From positions 46,306-110,305 of IMG/VR virus record IMGVR_UViG_3300042460_000724: a DNA stretch of 64,000 nt; one strand, given 5' to 3'. Positions 1 through 8,199 of this stretch are shown piece by piece. The translations under genes and the position numbers were made by a program. This stretch comes from a virus. Under the pieces are notes generated by a model that had not been told where the DNA came from, did no database searches, and worked only from the letters and a program-made list of their open reading frames with translations. Each line of letters begins with the position of its first letter. Position 1 is the stretch's first letter.

Positions 1-138
1 TTCATCCTTTTCAGCGTGAAAATGCATACTGAATTTTGCACCCTTATTGAATTTCAATAACTTGCCGCAATACTTATCAGTAGTAGCCCATATCAATTCG
101 TGGCCCCAACCTTTTTCTACAAATCCTTCAAGTCGCAT
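1..138 (-). CDS. Cupin-fold protein (mannose-6-phosphate isomerase-like / sugar epimerase), 5' part only, runs off the left edge
   Basis: Not in the ORF track. Manual translation from ATG at 138: MRLEGFVEKGWGHELIWATTDKYCGKLLKFNKGAKFSMHFHAEKDE. KGWG and SMHFHxxKDE are cupin motifs. The start overlaps the end of the kinase gene. Confidence 0.75.
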   Translation of the reverse strand, partial: MRLEGFVEKGWGHELIWATTDKYCGKLLKFNKGAKFSMHFHAEKDE

Positions 139-883
139 TTATTTCCTCCAATGTAGGTGCGTATACACCAACGTGTTGCACTGTAATAGAACTAGCTCTG
201 ATGGCAAACTCTATTGCTTGTTCCATATCGTCTGCTACTAAGTAGCCATATGTTAACGCTGATAAGAAGGTGTCCCCCGCTCCACAAACATCAAACACAT
301 CTACTTTAGGTACACTAAATGTTTTATTATTATATGATACCCCGCTACTACCACGTGTTAATACCATATTAGAACAATCACTAATTCTACTAGAATATTC
401 TGTTTCGTTAATCTTTACAATGCAACCTTCAAATAGTTTTAAATCACGTTTCTTGGTATCAACAAAGATAGGACCTTCATACTGTTGTCTAATACCCTTA
501 ATAAAATCTTCTGTGACAAATCCTTTAGCATAATCAGATATAACTACAGCATCACTACCTTCTAGAAATTTCATTACATAATCTAAATTGCAGGGATTAG
601 ACTTTACATCATCATCTATACGCATTAAATGTTGCTTAGACTTTGCATCTATTAAACGTTTCTTTTTAGATGGGTCTCCCAAGAATGAGGTGACATTTAG
701 TCCCAATGCTAATAGATTTTCTTTAACATTACTTCCCATACCTGATTTAGTTTCAGTGTGTTTAGGAACAAAAACAGGTACAGGAGCTTCAGGGCTCATT
801 CTATCTACTGTACCATATTGATATTCATCAATGCAGGTGTCGCCTATTAATATAATTTTCAATTGTCTTTGTGGTTGATTCAT
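128..883 (-). CDS. rfaE1: D-glycero-beta-D-manno-heptose-7-phosphate kinase (HldE/RfaE domain I, PfkB family), stand-alone
   Basis: IGDTCID, DRMSPEAPVP, VVISDYAKG and DVCGAGDTF motifs are typical of the RfaE kinase domain. The true start could be the in-frame TTG near 862. Confidence 0.85.
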   Translation of the reverse strand: MNQPQRQLKIILIGDTCIDEYQYGTVDRMSPEAPVPVFVPKHTETKSGMGSNVKENLLALGLNVTSFLGDPSKKKRLIDAKSKQHLMRIDDDVKSNPCNLDYVMKFLEGSDAVVISDYAKGFVTEDFIKGIRQQYEGPIFVDTKKRDLKLFEGCIVKINETEYSSRISDCSNMVLTRGSSGVSYNNKTFSVPKVDVFDVCGAGDTFLSALTYGYLVADDMEQAIEFAIRASSITVQHVGVYAPTLEEINAT

Positions 884-1235
884 CTATTACCCTATCAAAG
901 AATACTAATTCCTCAGCATACTCCGAACCTATTACTTTTTTATTCTTCCAATCACTTCCGACTATCATAATGTTCGGCTTGTATTGTTCAATGATACTCT
1001 CTAACTCAAAATCAGTATTGAATACTAATACCTTATCTACTGCTTTTAAATTACTGAGTAATGCTACCCTATTATCTATTTTGTTGAATGGTCTATCACT
1101 ACCTTTTTTCTCGGTTACACGATTATCAGAATCAATTGCAACCAATAGATATGTGCCTAAACTCTTTGCATAGTTTAATAAGTCTAAATGACCCATATGT
1201 AATATATCAAACGTTCCATTAACAAAAACTTTCAT
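828..1235 (-). CDS. rfaE2: Heptose-1-phosphate nucleotidyltransferase (HldE/RfaE domain II, cytidylyltransferase-like), stand-alone
   Basis: NGTFDILHMGH (HxGH), KKGSDRP, GSDW and a C-terminal STT motif; adjacent to the RfaE kinase. Confidence 0.82.
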   Translation of the reverse strand: MKVFVNGTFDILHMGHLDLLNYAKSLGTYLLVAIDSDNRVTEKKGSDRPFNKIDNRVALLSNLKAVDKVLVFNTDFELESIIEQYKPNIMIVGSDWKNKKVIGSEYAEELVFFDRVIDESTTKTIENYINRRHLH

Positions 1236-1240
1236 ACACT

Positions 1241-1269
1241 ATTCTAACATAACCTGTAGTAAATATCAA
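1241..1269 (-). promoter_or_regulatory. Sigma70-like promoter upstream of the heptose genes, probably leaderless
   Basis: Minus strand TTGATA (1269-1264), 17-nt spacer, TAGAAT (1246-1241) with an extended -10 TG. The ATG at 1235 lies 5 nt past the -10 box and has no SD. Confidence 0.5.
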
Positions 1270-2270
1270 GCTTTTTGTTCCAAAAATTGATGGGCAGTTT
1301 CTAATGATGAACTAATAGCCATATGCATATCAATATACACATACATTCCACAACGTCCAATAAACGTATTTTTTGTATTTTCGATAGCTTTATACTTCTT
1401 ATATAACTCTCTATATGTATCAATTGGATAATAACGTTCATTATTATTGTCTTTATAATCACAAGGTTCTTCAAATGTTAATGTTGTATTACCCGTATTA
1501 ATATTATTGGGTAGTTTATTCCATTCAGTCATTCTGGTAAACGAACCATTATCAGTAAAATTAACTACGGTAGTAGGTAACATACTGGGTGAGGGAAACG
1601 TTATTGAATGAAATTTAATAGACCTATATGGTAATTCCCCGTATATGAAATCATAATATACATCTATGGGCATAGAATTAAAGATATGATCATAATTATC
1701 TTCCATACTCTTATCAAACATCGTATTCAACTTAACGGTAATGTTTGGATGATTTAATATATTAGTGAATAATGTCGTATATCCGTGTGTCGGTAGATAT
1801 TGATATTCATCTCTAAAATATCTACTGTCGTCATTATCTCTAGTACTAACTCGATTTAATACGTCTTTGCTTAGTGTTTTATAATGTTCTCCCCACATCT
1901 TTTTACTGTAGGGTTCAAAAAATGTATTGTTTATATCTTCTTTTTTTACTGTTTCTAATGTGATTGTGTTAACCGGAAACGGTACATATTTGCCACTTTC
2001 CAGTAACGCCAACACGTGATGTTCATAGAATGTCCACTCGGTAAATTTACTAACCCAATCAAATACTTTTTTGTTACTAGTATGAAAGATATGCGGTCCA
2101 TATTTATGAATGCGTAATCCGTGTTCATTGATATAGTCATATGCATTACCACCAATATGGTCTCTATTATCAATAACTATTACGTTGTAATTGTTTTCTG
2201 CAAGTTCTCTCGCTACTACACTACCAGCAAAGCCTGCCCCTACTATTAAGATATTTTGTTTTGTTCCCAT
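1266..2270 (-). CDS. glf: UDP-galactopyranose mutase
   Basis: FAD-binding GAGFAG, IGGN, HKYGPHIFHT, RYYP and GRxGxYxYIDM motifs. Confidence 0.9.
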   Translation of the reverse strand: MGTKQNILIVGAGFAGSVVARELAENNYNVIVIDNRDHIGGNAYDYINEHGLRIHKYGPHIFHTSNKKVFDWVSKFTEWTFYEHHVLALLESGKYVPFPVNTITLETVKKEDINNTFFEPYSKKMWGEHYKTLSKDVLNRVSTRDNDDSRYFRDEYQYLPTHGYTTLFTNILNHPNITVKLNTMFDKSMEDNYDHIFNSMPIDVYYDFIYGELPYRSIKFHSITFPSPSMLPTTVVNFTDNGSFTRMTEWNKLPNNINTGNTTLTFEEPCDYKDNNNERYYPIDTYRELYKKYKAIENTKNTFIGRCGMYVYIDMHMAISSSLETAHQFLEQKA

Positions 2271-3046
2271 AATTCTTCCAAATCTTTTACATAAAAAGAT
2301 ATATCTTTAGCTTCCCCTAAATGAATAGCTAAAGTTTTCATAGGCATCATCATCCTAACTTCAGGTTGTTGCCATACTTTACTTATTGTGTTACCTTCCC
2401 AATAGCCTTCTATTGTGCCGATATCCAATAAACTATAAAATTCTTCTTTATATTTTTTAAATAAATTTACTGGTATTAAAAATGATTCGTGTGTAAACCA
2501 AGTATTTCTATAATATCTATCTGGTCCTGGTATAACCATACAGGGATAAACATATGTTCCGTTGAAGGGATTCTGTGGATGATAGTATAGTTGATTAAAA
2601 TCTTGAGGAAAAATACATATAGTTAACTCAGGACTAATAGATTCTAAATAGTTTCTTGCATCTATCATTGTAGCAATACTATTTGGATAATGCAAATAGT
2701 CATCTTCTACTAGATAAACAAGTTCATCGTCCGGTAACTGACTAATGTAGTCTAATGCAATCTTTAAACTATATCTAGATTTTTGTTTAATATCTTTAAA
2801 TTCAATTGTTGGATCAACTACTACATCTTGTATTGTAGCATTAGCAAAATGGTTATGTAAGAACTGTTTAGTCTCAATGGAAGAATCATCATCAATTACG
2901 TGTAAACTAAAAGGGTTATTATAATTAGTTAATGACGTTACTAGTGAGTTATAACATCTTTTTACACATTCGTCTTTTGGCACAATGCGATTACTTGCCA
3001 ATGAGGCTTTATCACAGGTCCTTAATACCACATTTAGTTTTTGCAT
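2246..3046 (-). CDS. Putative GT-A fold glycosyltransferase (GT2-like)
   Basis: LHVIDDDSS and VYLVEDDYLH acidic motifs. Start revised to ATG 3046, which forms a TAATG overlap with the upstream mini-ORF. Confidence 0.6.
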   Translation of the reverse strand: MQKLNVVLRTCDKASLASNRIVPKDECVKRCYNSLVTSLTNYNNPFSLHVIDDDSSIETKQFLHNHFANATIQDVVVDPTIEFKDIKQKSRYSLKIALDYISQLPDDELVYLVEDDYLHYPNSIATMIDARNYLESISPELTICIFPQDFNQLYYHPQNPFNGTYVYPCMVIPGPDRYYRNTWFTHESFLIPVNLFKKYKEEFYSLLDIGTIEGYWEGNTISKVWQQPEVRMMMPMKTLAIHLGEAKDISFYVKDLEELWEQNKIS

Positions 3047-3132
3047 TACTTCAAGCCTAAACTCTTGCAAATATGTGCTAGATGGATTTTGTCCGAGCTC
3101 GGTAAGCCCGTAATAAGAATACGTGGTGTCAT
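3046..3132 (-). pseudogene. 28-aa remnant of a P-loop kinase N-terminus, or a leader peptide
   Basis: MTPRILITGLPSSDKIHLAHICKSLGLK* resembles ILIxGLPGSGKTTLA with a broken Walker A. It has an AGGA SD and a late promoter, and its stop overlaps the next ATG. Confidence 0.55.
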
Positions 3133-3148
3133 ACTATTTCCTGTAAAA

Positions 3149-3156
3149 TATTTATA
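3149..3156 (-). promoter_or_regulatory. T4-type late promoter
   Basis: Perfect TATAAATA on the minus strand, intergenic, just upstream of ATG 3132. Confidence 0.7.
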
Positions 3157-3180
3157 ATAGAGACAGTATAACCATTTATT

Positions 3181-3600
3181 TTACATCAAAGCGTCTACTT
3201 CTTCATGTGTCGTAGCGGCTTCAATTTGAGCTATTTTTGCTAATAATGTTTCTTTGGCAGCACTAACCAAACTAGTATCAAATTCTTCTGCAGGATTAGC
3301 ACTCAGTTGTAGTTGTATTTGTTGGTAAACAACCTGCTGAAATAATCCATTAGCTTGTCCGATTAACGAACCTTTGCGTTCATCTATTTCTAAATCACGT
3401 TTACCCCAAATAATTTCAACTGGACTTTTACTAAGATCAAATGTGTGTGTGGTCATTATTTCACGATTTTGTATTAGATCAGGGATTATTTCAACTGCTT
3501 CATTCCAACCATCTTGACCTGCAGGTGGTGCGGAGTCCCAGCAGTCTGTTACTGAATTATCTATTACCCTTACCCAATATCCTGTTTTAATTGTACTCAT
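3181..3600 (-). CDS. Hypothetical protein, possibly tail-fibre assembly chaperone-like
   Basis: 139 aa with an SD and its own promoter. The helical C-terminus (KIAQIEAATTHEEVDAL) resembles phage fibre-chaperone ends. Confidence 0.5.
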   Translation of the reverse strand: MSTIKTGYWVRVIDNSVTDCWDSAPPAGQDGWNEAVEIIPDLIQNREIMTTHTFDLSKSPVEIIWGKRDLEIDERKGSLIGQANGLFQQVVYQQIQLQLSANPAEEFDTSLVSAAKETLLAKIAQIEAATTHEEVDALM

Positions 3601-3620
3601 TTTAAATGTTCCTTATATTA

Positions 3621-3628
3621 TATTTATA
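3621..3628 (-). promoter_or_regulatory. T4-type late promoter
   Basis: TATAAATA on the minus strand upstream of an AAGGAA SD and ATG 3600. Confidence 0.7.
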
Positions 3629-3662
3629 TTAACTTTTCTTGTTTTTTTGTATAACTAAAATA

Positions 3663-4487
3663 TCAGTTAGGTGGATTTTTTCCTAAAGTTTCTAATAATT
3701 TTGATTTCAATAATATGTCTAATGGTACATTCTGATAGATGTAAGTTAATATGCCGCGTACCTGTGTATATCTTTCATCTTTGTGAGTGTGATTGATAAA
3801 CACTATCCCGCAAGTAACATAGTTTTCTAAATCTTCTATTTTATAATAATGCGCCAACAAGTACCATAAAGTCCAACAGTTAGTTGGATTGCTTTCAAAC
3901 TCATCTTTTAACATTTTTATATACAATTCAGGGCGAGATTGTTTTTTAAAATCTTGGTCATGTATTAGATAGATATTTTCATTATATATTTCAACTTCAT
4001 ATCTATCTTTGTGCTTAAACCAAAGATGTTCATAGATAGGTTGTGCCCAAGTATAATCGTGTCTACGATGTATTTTGTTTGTACCTAAAAAGTTAGGAGG
4101 ACCTACTCTAACATTTTCTGTATATAAATCTAATCTATCACACGATATGTTAGTAACAGTAGGATTAGCTTCCATTGTGTTTTTCATTTCAGCTAACACA
4201 TTGATACTGAAATATTCATCTAGATCCGGACTTAAACACCAATCTACGTCAGTAGGAATCATATCTAAGTTGTAGTTACGTGCTACATTAAATATCCATG
4301 GGGTGAATATCTTTTGCTCAATAATCAGATTAGGATCGACCTTTGCAGCCTCTTGAAACATTTCCCAAGTCCCGTCAGTTGAACCGGTATCAAGTATCAC
4401 TCTATATGTAAATTTTTTGGTATAGTATAACCACTTCTCTACGTATTGAAGTTCATTTTTACAGATTGTATATGCTGCCGTTTTCAT
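3663..4487 (-). CDS. Glycosyltransferase family 2 with a helical C-terminus
   Basis: ICKNE, LDTGSTDGT, FNVARN, DWCLSPDLDE and IYEHL motifs. Confidence 0.85.
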   Translation of the reverse strand: MKTAAYTICKNELQYVEKWLYYTKKFTYRVILDTGSTDGTWEMFQEAAKVDPNLIIEQKIFTPWIFNVARNYNLDMIPTDVDWCLSPDLDEYFSINVLAEMKNTMEANPTVTNISCDRLDLYTENVRVGPPNFLGTNKIHRRHDYTWAQPIYEHLWFKHKDRYEVEIYNENIYLIHDQDFKKQSRPELYIKMLKDEFESNPTNCWTLWYLLAHYYKIEDLENYVTCGIVFINHTHKDERYTQVRGILTYIYQNVPLDILLKSKLLETLGKNPPN

Positions 4488-5089
4488 TCTTGTGTCTTAA
4501 TAAATGATGTCTGTGATCCGTCTGGAATATTCAATATGTTTAACTTATGCCAATTGCATTGTATAAACATCTCCACTGCCATTCGCACACTCATCTGTGC
4601 TGATTGTGTGCCATTTTTGTCGGTATAACGCCAAGTAGTGGTATCGTCACATAAAATAACTCCACCTACACGTAGTATTTTCCAAGCTAATACCAAGTCT
4701 GTTAATACTTCGCTTGCTTTGTGATCTCCGTCAATATATATAAACTCTGCGTTGACGTTGTTATTAATCAAATCAATTAGTCCATCTGTACTATGTTTTT
4801 GTATATAAGTTACATTGTTATTTTTATTGAACCCAAGATTATCTAAGAAGTTTTGTTTTACAATATTAAAATCCTCGCTCATATCATTACTACCAATATG
4901 CGGGTCTATTGCATATATTTTCAGGTTAGGATTATACGGTGTAAGTTGGTCACTCATCCAAAATGTTGTAGAGCCTTCAAACACACCAATTTCTACAATT
5001 GTATTTGGTACTCCGTATGTGTTTACTAAGTGACCAACATTAGTCATTGCACCCTTACCACAATTAAAATCCATGCTAAATTTGTACAT
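4484..5089 (-). CDS. Class I SAM-dependent methyltransferase (Methyltransf_24-like)
   Basis: IVEIGVFEGS, YAIDP, FIYIDGDH and GGVILCDD motifs. Confidence 0.85.
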   Translation of the reverse strand: MYKFSMDFNCGKGAMTNVGHLVNTYGVPNTIVEIGVFEGSTTFWMSDQLTPYNPNLKIYAIDPHIGSNDMSEDFNIVKQNFLDNLGFNKNNNVTYIQKHSTDGLIDLINNNVNAEFIYIDGDHKASEVLTDLVLAWKILRVGGVILCDDTTTWRYTDKNGTQSAQMSVRMAVEMFIQCNWHKLNILNIPDGSQTSFIKTQE

Positions 5090-5694
5090 TATTGCTTTCT
5101 ATATATAACTATATTCTTCTCAGGATTGATATAGGGTGTTTCTTTTACTTTAGTTAAGAGTTTCTCTATTGCAGTAAACACATTGAAGTAGTCATTATCC
5201 CAGATAACAAAGCCCTTAGAGTCTACATCACTGGGTATGAATCTGTTATCTTCATTTATTAAAACTAAGTAACCGTTTGGTTTTAGCGTATTGACTATCT
5301 TTTCTATCTCTTGTTGTGGGTTCTCTACGTGTTGTAATACAAATACCGCTAAACATACATCTACTGAATTTTCATCGGGTAGTTGTGATATTATTTTAAA
5401 CTTCCTTGGGTTAGAAACATATAGGGTAGCAAAAGTTTTCATACTTTCACTGATATCAAAACCCAATACAGAGCAATCAAACTTAGTAATTAGTTCTTTA
5501 CTAACACGACCCATACCACAACCAAAGTCTAATACAGTTGATTGATTAGTAATAATGTTTTCATTATATATTGTATCAACTAAGAAATGTGTTTCTTTGT
5601 GGAACTTTTCTGGTTTATCAGATTCAAAGCTGAGAACCACATTCATTGCCTGAGTGATTGTGGTTACATCAAATGCTTCTTTAACATATCTCAT
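5089..5694 (-). CDS. Class I SAM-dependent methyltransferase
   Basis: VLDFGCGMGR, GFDIS, VLQH and LKPNG motifs. Confidence 0.85.
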   Translation of the reverse strand: MRYVKEAFDVTTITQAMNVVLSFESDKPEKFHKETHFLVDTIYNENIITNQSTVLDFGCGMGRVSKELITKFDCSVLGFDISESMKTFATLYVSNPRKFKIISQLPDENSVDVCLAVFVLQHVENPQQEIEKIVNTLKPNGYLVLINEDNRFIPSDVDSKGFVIWDNDYFNVFTAIEKLLTKVKETPYINPEKNIVIYRKQ

Positions 5695-6410
5695 GTTTTA
5701 AGTTTATCGTTACGTTCCGTAGTTCTACCGGTTAATGGTCTAGCTAGAATTGTAGTGTCAGTAGTTACGTTTATGTTTTTATCATAAGCGAACATACCTT
5801 GATGTGTAATATTAAACAAGTCTGCTCTCATCATAATATCTAACGGAGCACATATACCCATTTTTAATACGTGCGAGATTAAGTTCTTTGCCATTAATGG
5901 GTCTAATGCATATGCGTGGGCACGACAGATAAACAGATAATTAGGTCCTTCACTAGCGTGAGGTGGTATAGTTGGATGTATTTTCCATCCTTGCTCTGCC
6001 CACTCAGCACCGCCTAGGTAACATATTGAGTTAACTGAATCATATGAAGTAAACTTCTTAGTCATAATGCTATCGTGTTCTAAGATAACAATAGGCTTAT
6101 CAATCTTGGCGCAATGAACCCACAGGCTGATGTGACTTAATGCACAAGCAACTTCACCTCTAGTTAAGTAATGGTCTGTAATCTTTAGCATTTTGATTAC
6201 TGAATCACCTACGCTGTGGTCAGGTACTGTAATTTCAGAGCCAATGCCGTTGAAGGCATCCCATACTTTATATTGCATACCTACATTCATACAACTGAGT
6301 TGGCATCGTTTAGAATACCGTTCAGATGATTCATTACCTTTTACAGTAATGATGTAAGCGTGTTCTACTTCAAAATCACGTTTATAGAATAAATTAAGAT
6401 TTGTGTCCAT
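5691..6410 (-). CDS. Glycosyltransferase family 25-like
   Basis: GEVACALSHISLW, IVILEHD and AHAYAL motifs. Confidence 0.8.
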   Translation of the reverse strand: MDTNLNLFYKRDFEVEHAYIITVKGNESSERYSKRCQLSCMNVGMQYKVWDAFNGIGSEITVPDHSVGDSVIKMLKITDHYLTRGEVACALSHISLWVHCAKIDKPIVILEHDSIMTKKFTSYDSVNSICYLGGAEWAEQGWKIHPTIPPHASEGPNYLFICRAHAYALDPLMAKNLISHVLKMGICAPLDIMMRADLFNITHQGMFAYDKNINVTTDTTILARPLTGRTTERNDKLKT

Positions 6411-8115
6411 CTAATGCCCGTTTAAATTCACTGTAGTCAATACGACCAGGTTTGTGTACTTGAATTAACATTCTAGTTGATAATGCTACATTATTCAAGT
6501 GATTTAGGGCATGAGTAAGTTCTTCTTGCGTTATTTTGCCATTAGATAGACGTTGTTGATATGGATCAGTATACTCAAACTGAGTATCACATACTTCGAT
6601 ATCAATATCTTCTTCAAATGCTAGTAATGAATCACTTTCACCTTTATTTGCTTTTTCAAACATATGACGTTTGTTAAACAAGTTAAACATAGCAACAGTA
6701 ATCAATCGTTTATGTGTTGGGTCATCTAATGCAGTATCACAGCGCCAATGTGGAGTTTGTATTTCCCAAACAGCACCATTCTCACTTACACGATATAGTT
6801 CTTTAATAACATCAATGAAGTCTCTACCAGTTTCTCCTAGATGTTCTAATATATCTTTAGCTACAACGTGTGAGTATTCGTTGTCTTTCCATGGCCAAGG
6901 TAGAACACTTAAATCAACCTGTTCATCGGCATCAATGAATGGTGATTTATCAACGTTAACAAATCCATCAAATTTCTTAAAGCCACAACCCAAGTTAAGT
7001 TTCTTAGTGACACGATCCTCATTTGGTTGATCGATATGTTTTAAGTTGAAACGTGCTTCTAGTGCAGTGTAAAGACTTTGGAATGTTGGGTCCCATTTCT
7101 TTGGATCTGTTTGTCTAAAGATTTGTACACATTTGTAGTATGGGCTTGTGTTAGCATCAGGTGAGCCTGGTGTCCACGTATGATACGGGAGTATAGGAAC
7201 GATGACCCATGTTTCTTTACCCATTGCGGCTGCTAAGTGTGCTACACTTGTACAAGATGAGATAACGATATCCATATTAGCAATAGCTGCCATTGTATCT
7301 TCCCAGCTTAACAAGAAGTGTTGCAAGTCAGTTACATTTTCAGGTAGTTGAATAATGTTATGATCCTTTTGCAAACTATATACCTGTAGTTCATCATATT
7401 TTGCTAAGTTAGTGATAAAGTTCTCTGGAAACTTTCTAAATTGTTGATGTTCAAATTTAGGATTGCCTGCCCAACGAATACCAACTTTAATTTTTTCGCT
7501 GTTGACGAATGTTTTCCAAATTTCAATACTATCAGCTTTAGCAGTTAGATAAGGATCGTTTGGAAAGTTTGAGAATTCGTGACCAGCTACCCATCCGGCA
7601 CTAAATCCAGGAACCCAATAATCATGAGGTACAGTATGTGATTGATTTCGTAGTATAACTTTATCTACACCTTCAATACGTTCAAATACTGATACTAGTT
7701 CAGGTGCACAAGCGATGTATACTGATTTTGCACCTTGTTTTTTAAAGCTAGTAGCAAAACGTGCGTGAATGATTTCATCTCCGTACCCACCTTCTAGTGA
7801 TACAATAATAGATTTATCGTTGATAGAATGTTTTTCTGGGTTAAAAATAGGTGCATCTGTTTTAAGAGGAGGGCTACCGTATACATTTAAGAAGCGACCA
7901 TTCTCTAATAGTTGACAGCCTTTTCTATAGTCACCGTCTTGAATCATAAACCAACCACGGTTAAAGCAATGACGCATCCAAATATCTTCTGTATTTTGTC
8001 CTTTAGCGTCTACTATTTTTTCAGGGCCTATGTTTTCTAATTTATCTGATAATATTCTGGCTTCTAGATGTTTACCTTCTAATTGAAGCTTGAGCATCAT
8101 ATCTATTTCGTGCAT
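6394..8115 (-). CDS. GT-B (GT9/heptosyltransferase-like) glycosyltransferase fused to a C-terminal methyltransferase-like domain
   Basis: GT9-like part: EGGYGDEI, VGIRWAGNP, DIVISSCTSVAHLAAAMGK. Methyltransferase-like part: KLNLGCG, GFVNVD, ILEHL, ELYRV. Confidence 0.75.
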   Translation of the reverse strand: MHEIDMMLKLQLEGKHLEARILSDKLENIGPEKIVDAKGQNTEDIWMRHCFNRGWFMIQDGDYRKGCQLLENGRFLNVYGSPPLKTDAPIFNPEKHSINDKSIIVSLEGGYGDEIIHARFATSFKKQGAKSVYIACAPELVSVFERIEGVDKVILRNQSHTVPHDYWVPGFSAGWVAGHEFSNFPNDPYLTAKADSIEIWKTFVNSEKIKVGIRWAGNPKFEHQQFRKFPENFITNLAKYDELQVYSLQKDHNIIQLPENVTDLQHFLLSWEDTMAAIANMDIVISSCTSVAHLAAAMGKETWVIVPILPYHTWTPGSPDANTSPYYKCVQIFRQTDPKKWDPTFQSLYTALEARFNLKHIDQPNEDRVTKKLNLGCGFKKFDGFVNVDKSPFIDADEQVDLSVLPWPWKDNEYSHVVAKDILEHLGETGRDFIDVIKELYRVSENGAVWEIQTPHWRCDTALDDPTHKRLITVAMFNLFNKRHMFEKANKGESDSLLAFEEDIDIEVCDTQFEYTDPYQQRLSNGKITQEELTHALNHLNNVALSTRMLIQVHKPGRIDYSEFKRALDGHKS

Positions 8116-8140
8116 ATTTTCTCCGTTATGTGTTGTGTTG

Positions 8141-8184
8141 GTTTTTTGTATATAAAACTGTAAAGTTATTTATATACAAAAAAC
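8141..8184. repeat. Perfect 16-bp inverted repeat with a 12-nt loop, overlapping a late promoter
   Basis: gttttttgtatataaa (8141-8156) and tttatatacaaaaaac (8169-8184). Confidence 0.85.
8167..8174 (-). promoter_or_regulatory. T4-type late promoter for the glycosylation cluster
   Basis: TATAAATA on the minus strand; GGAG SD precedes ATG 8115. Confidence 0.7.
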
Positions 8185-8199
8185 GAAATTAATTAATTT

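Noticed and set aside
47-7030. Short plus-strand and alternate-frame ORFs over the glycosylation cluster
   Set aside because: Fully overlap well-supported enzyme genes and have no recognisable motifs.
1-8115. Bacterial LPS/O-antigen locus, i.e. host chromosome rather than phage
   Set aside because: Interleaved with T4-type late promoters, continuous with virion genes, and lacking flippase, polymerase or other membrane components.
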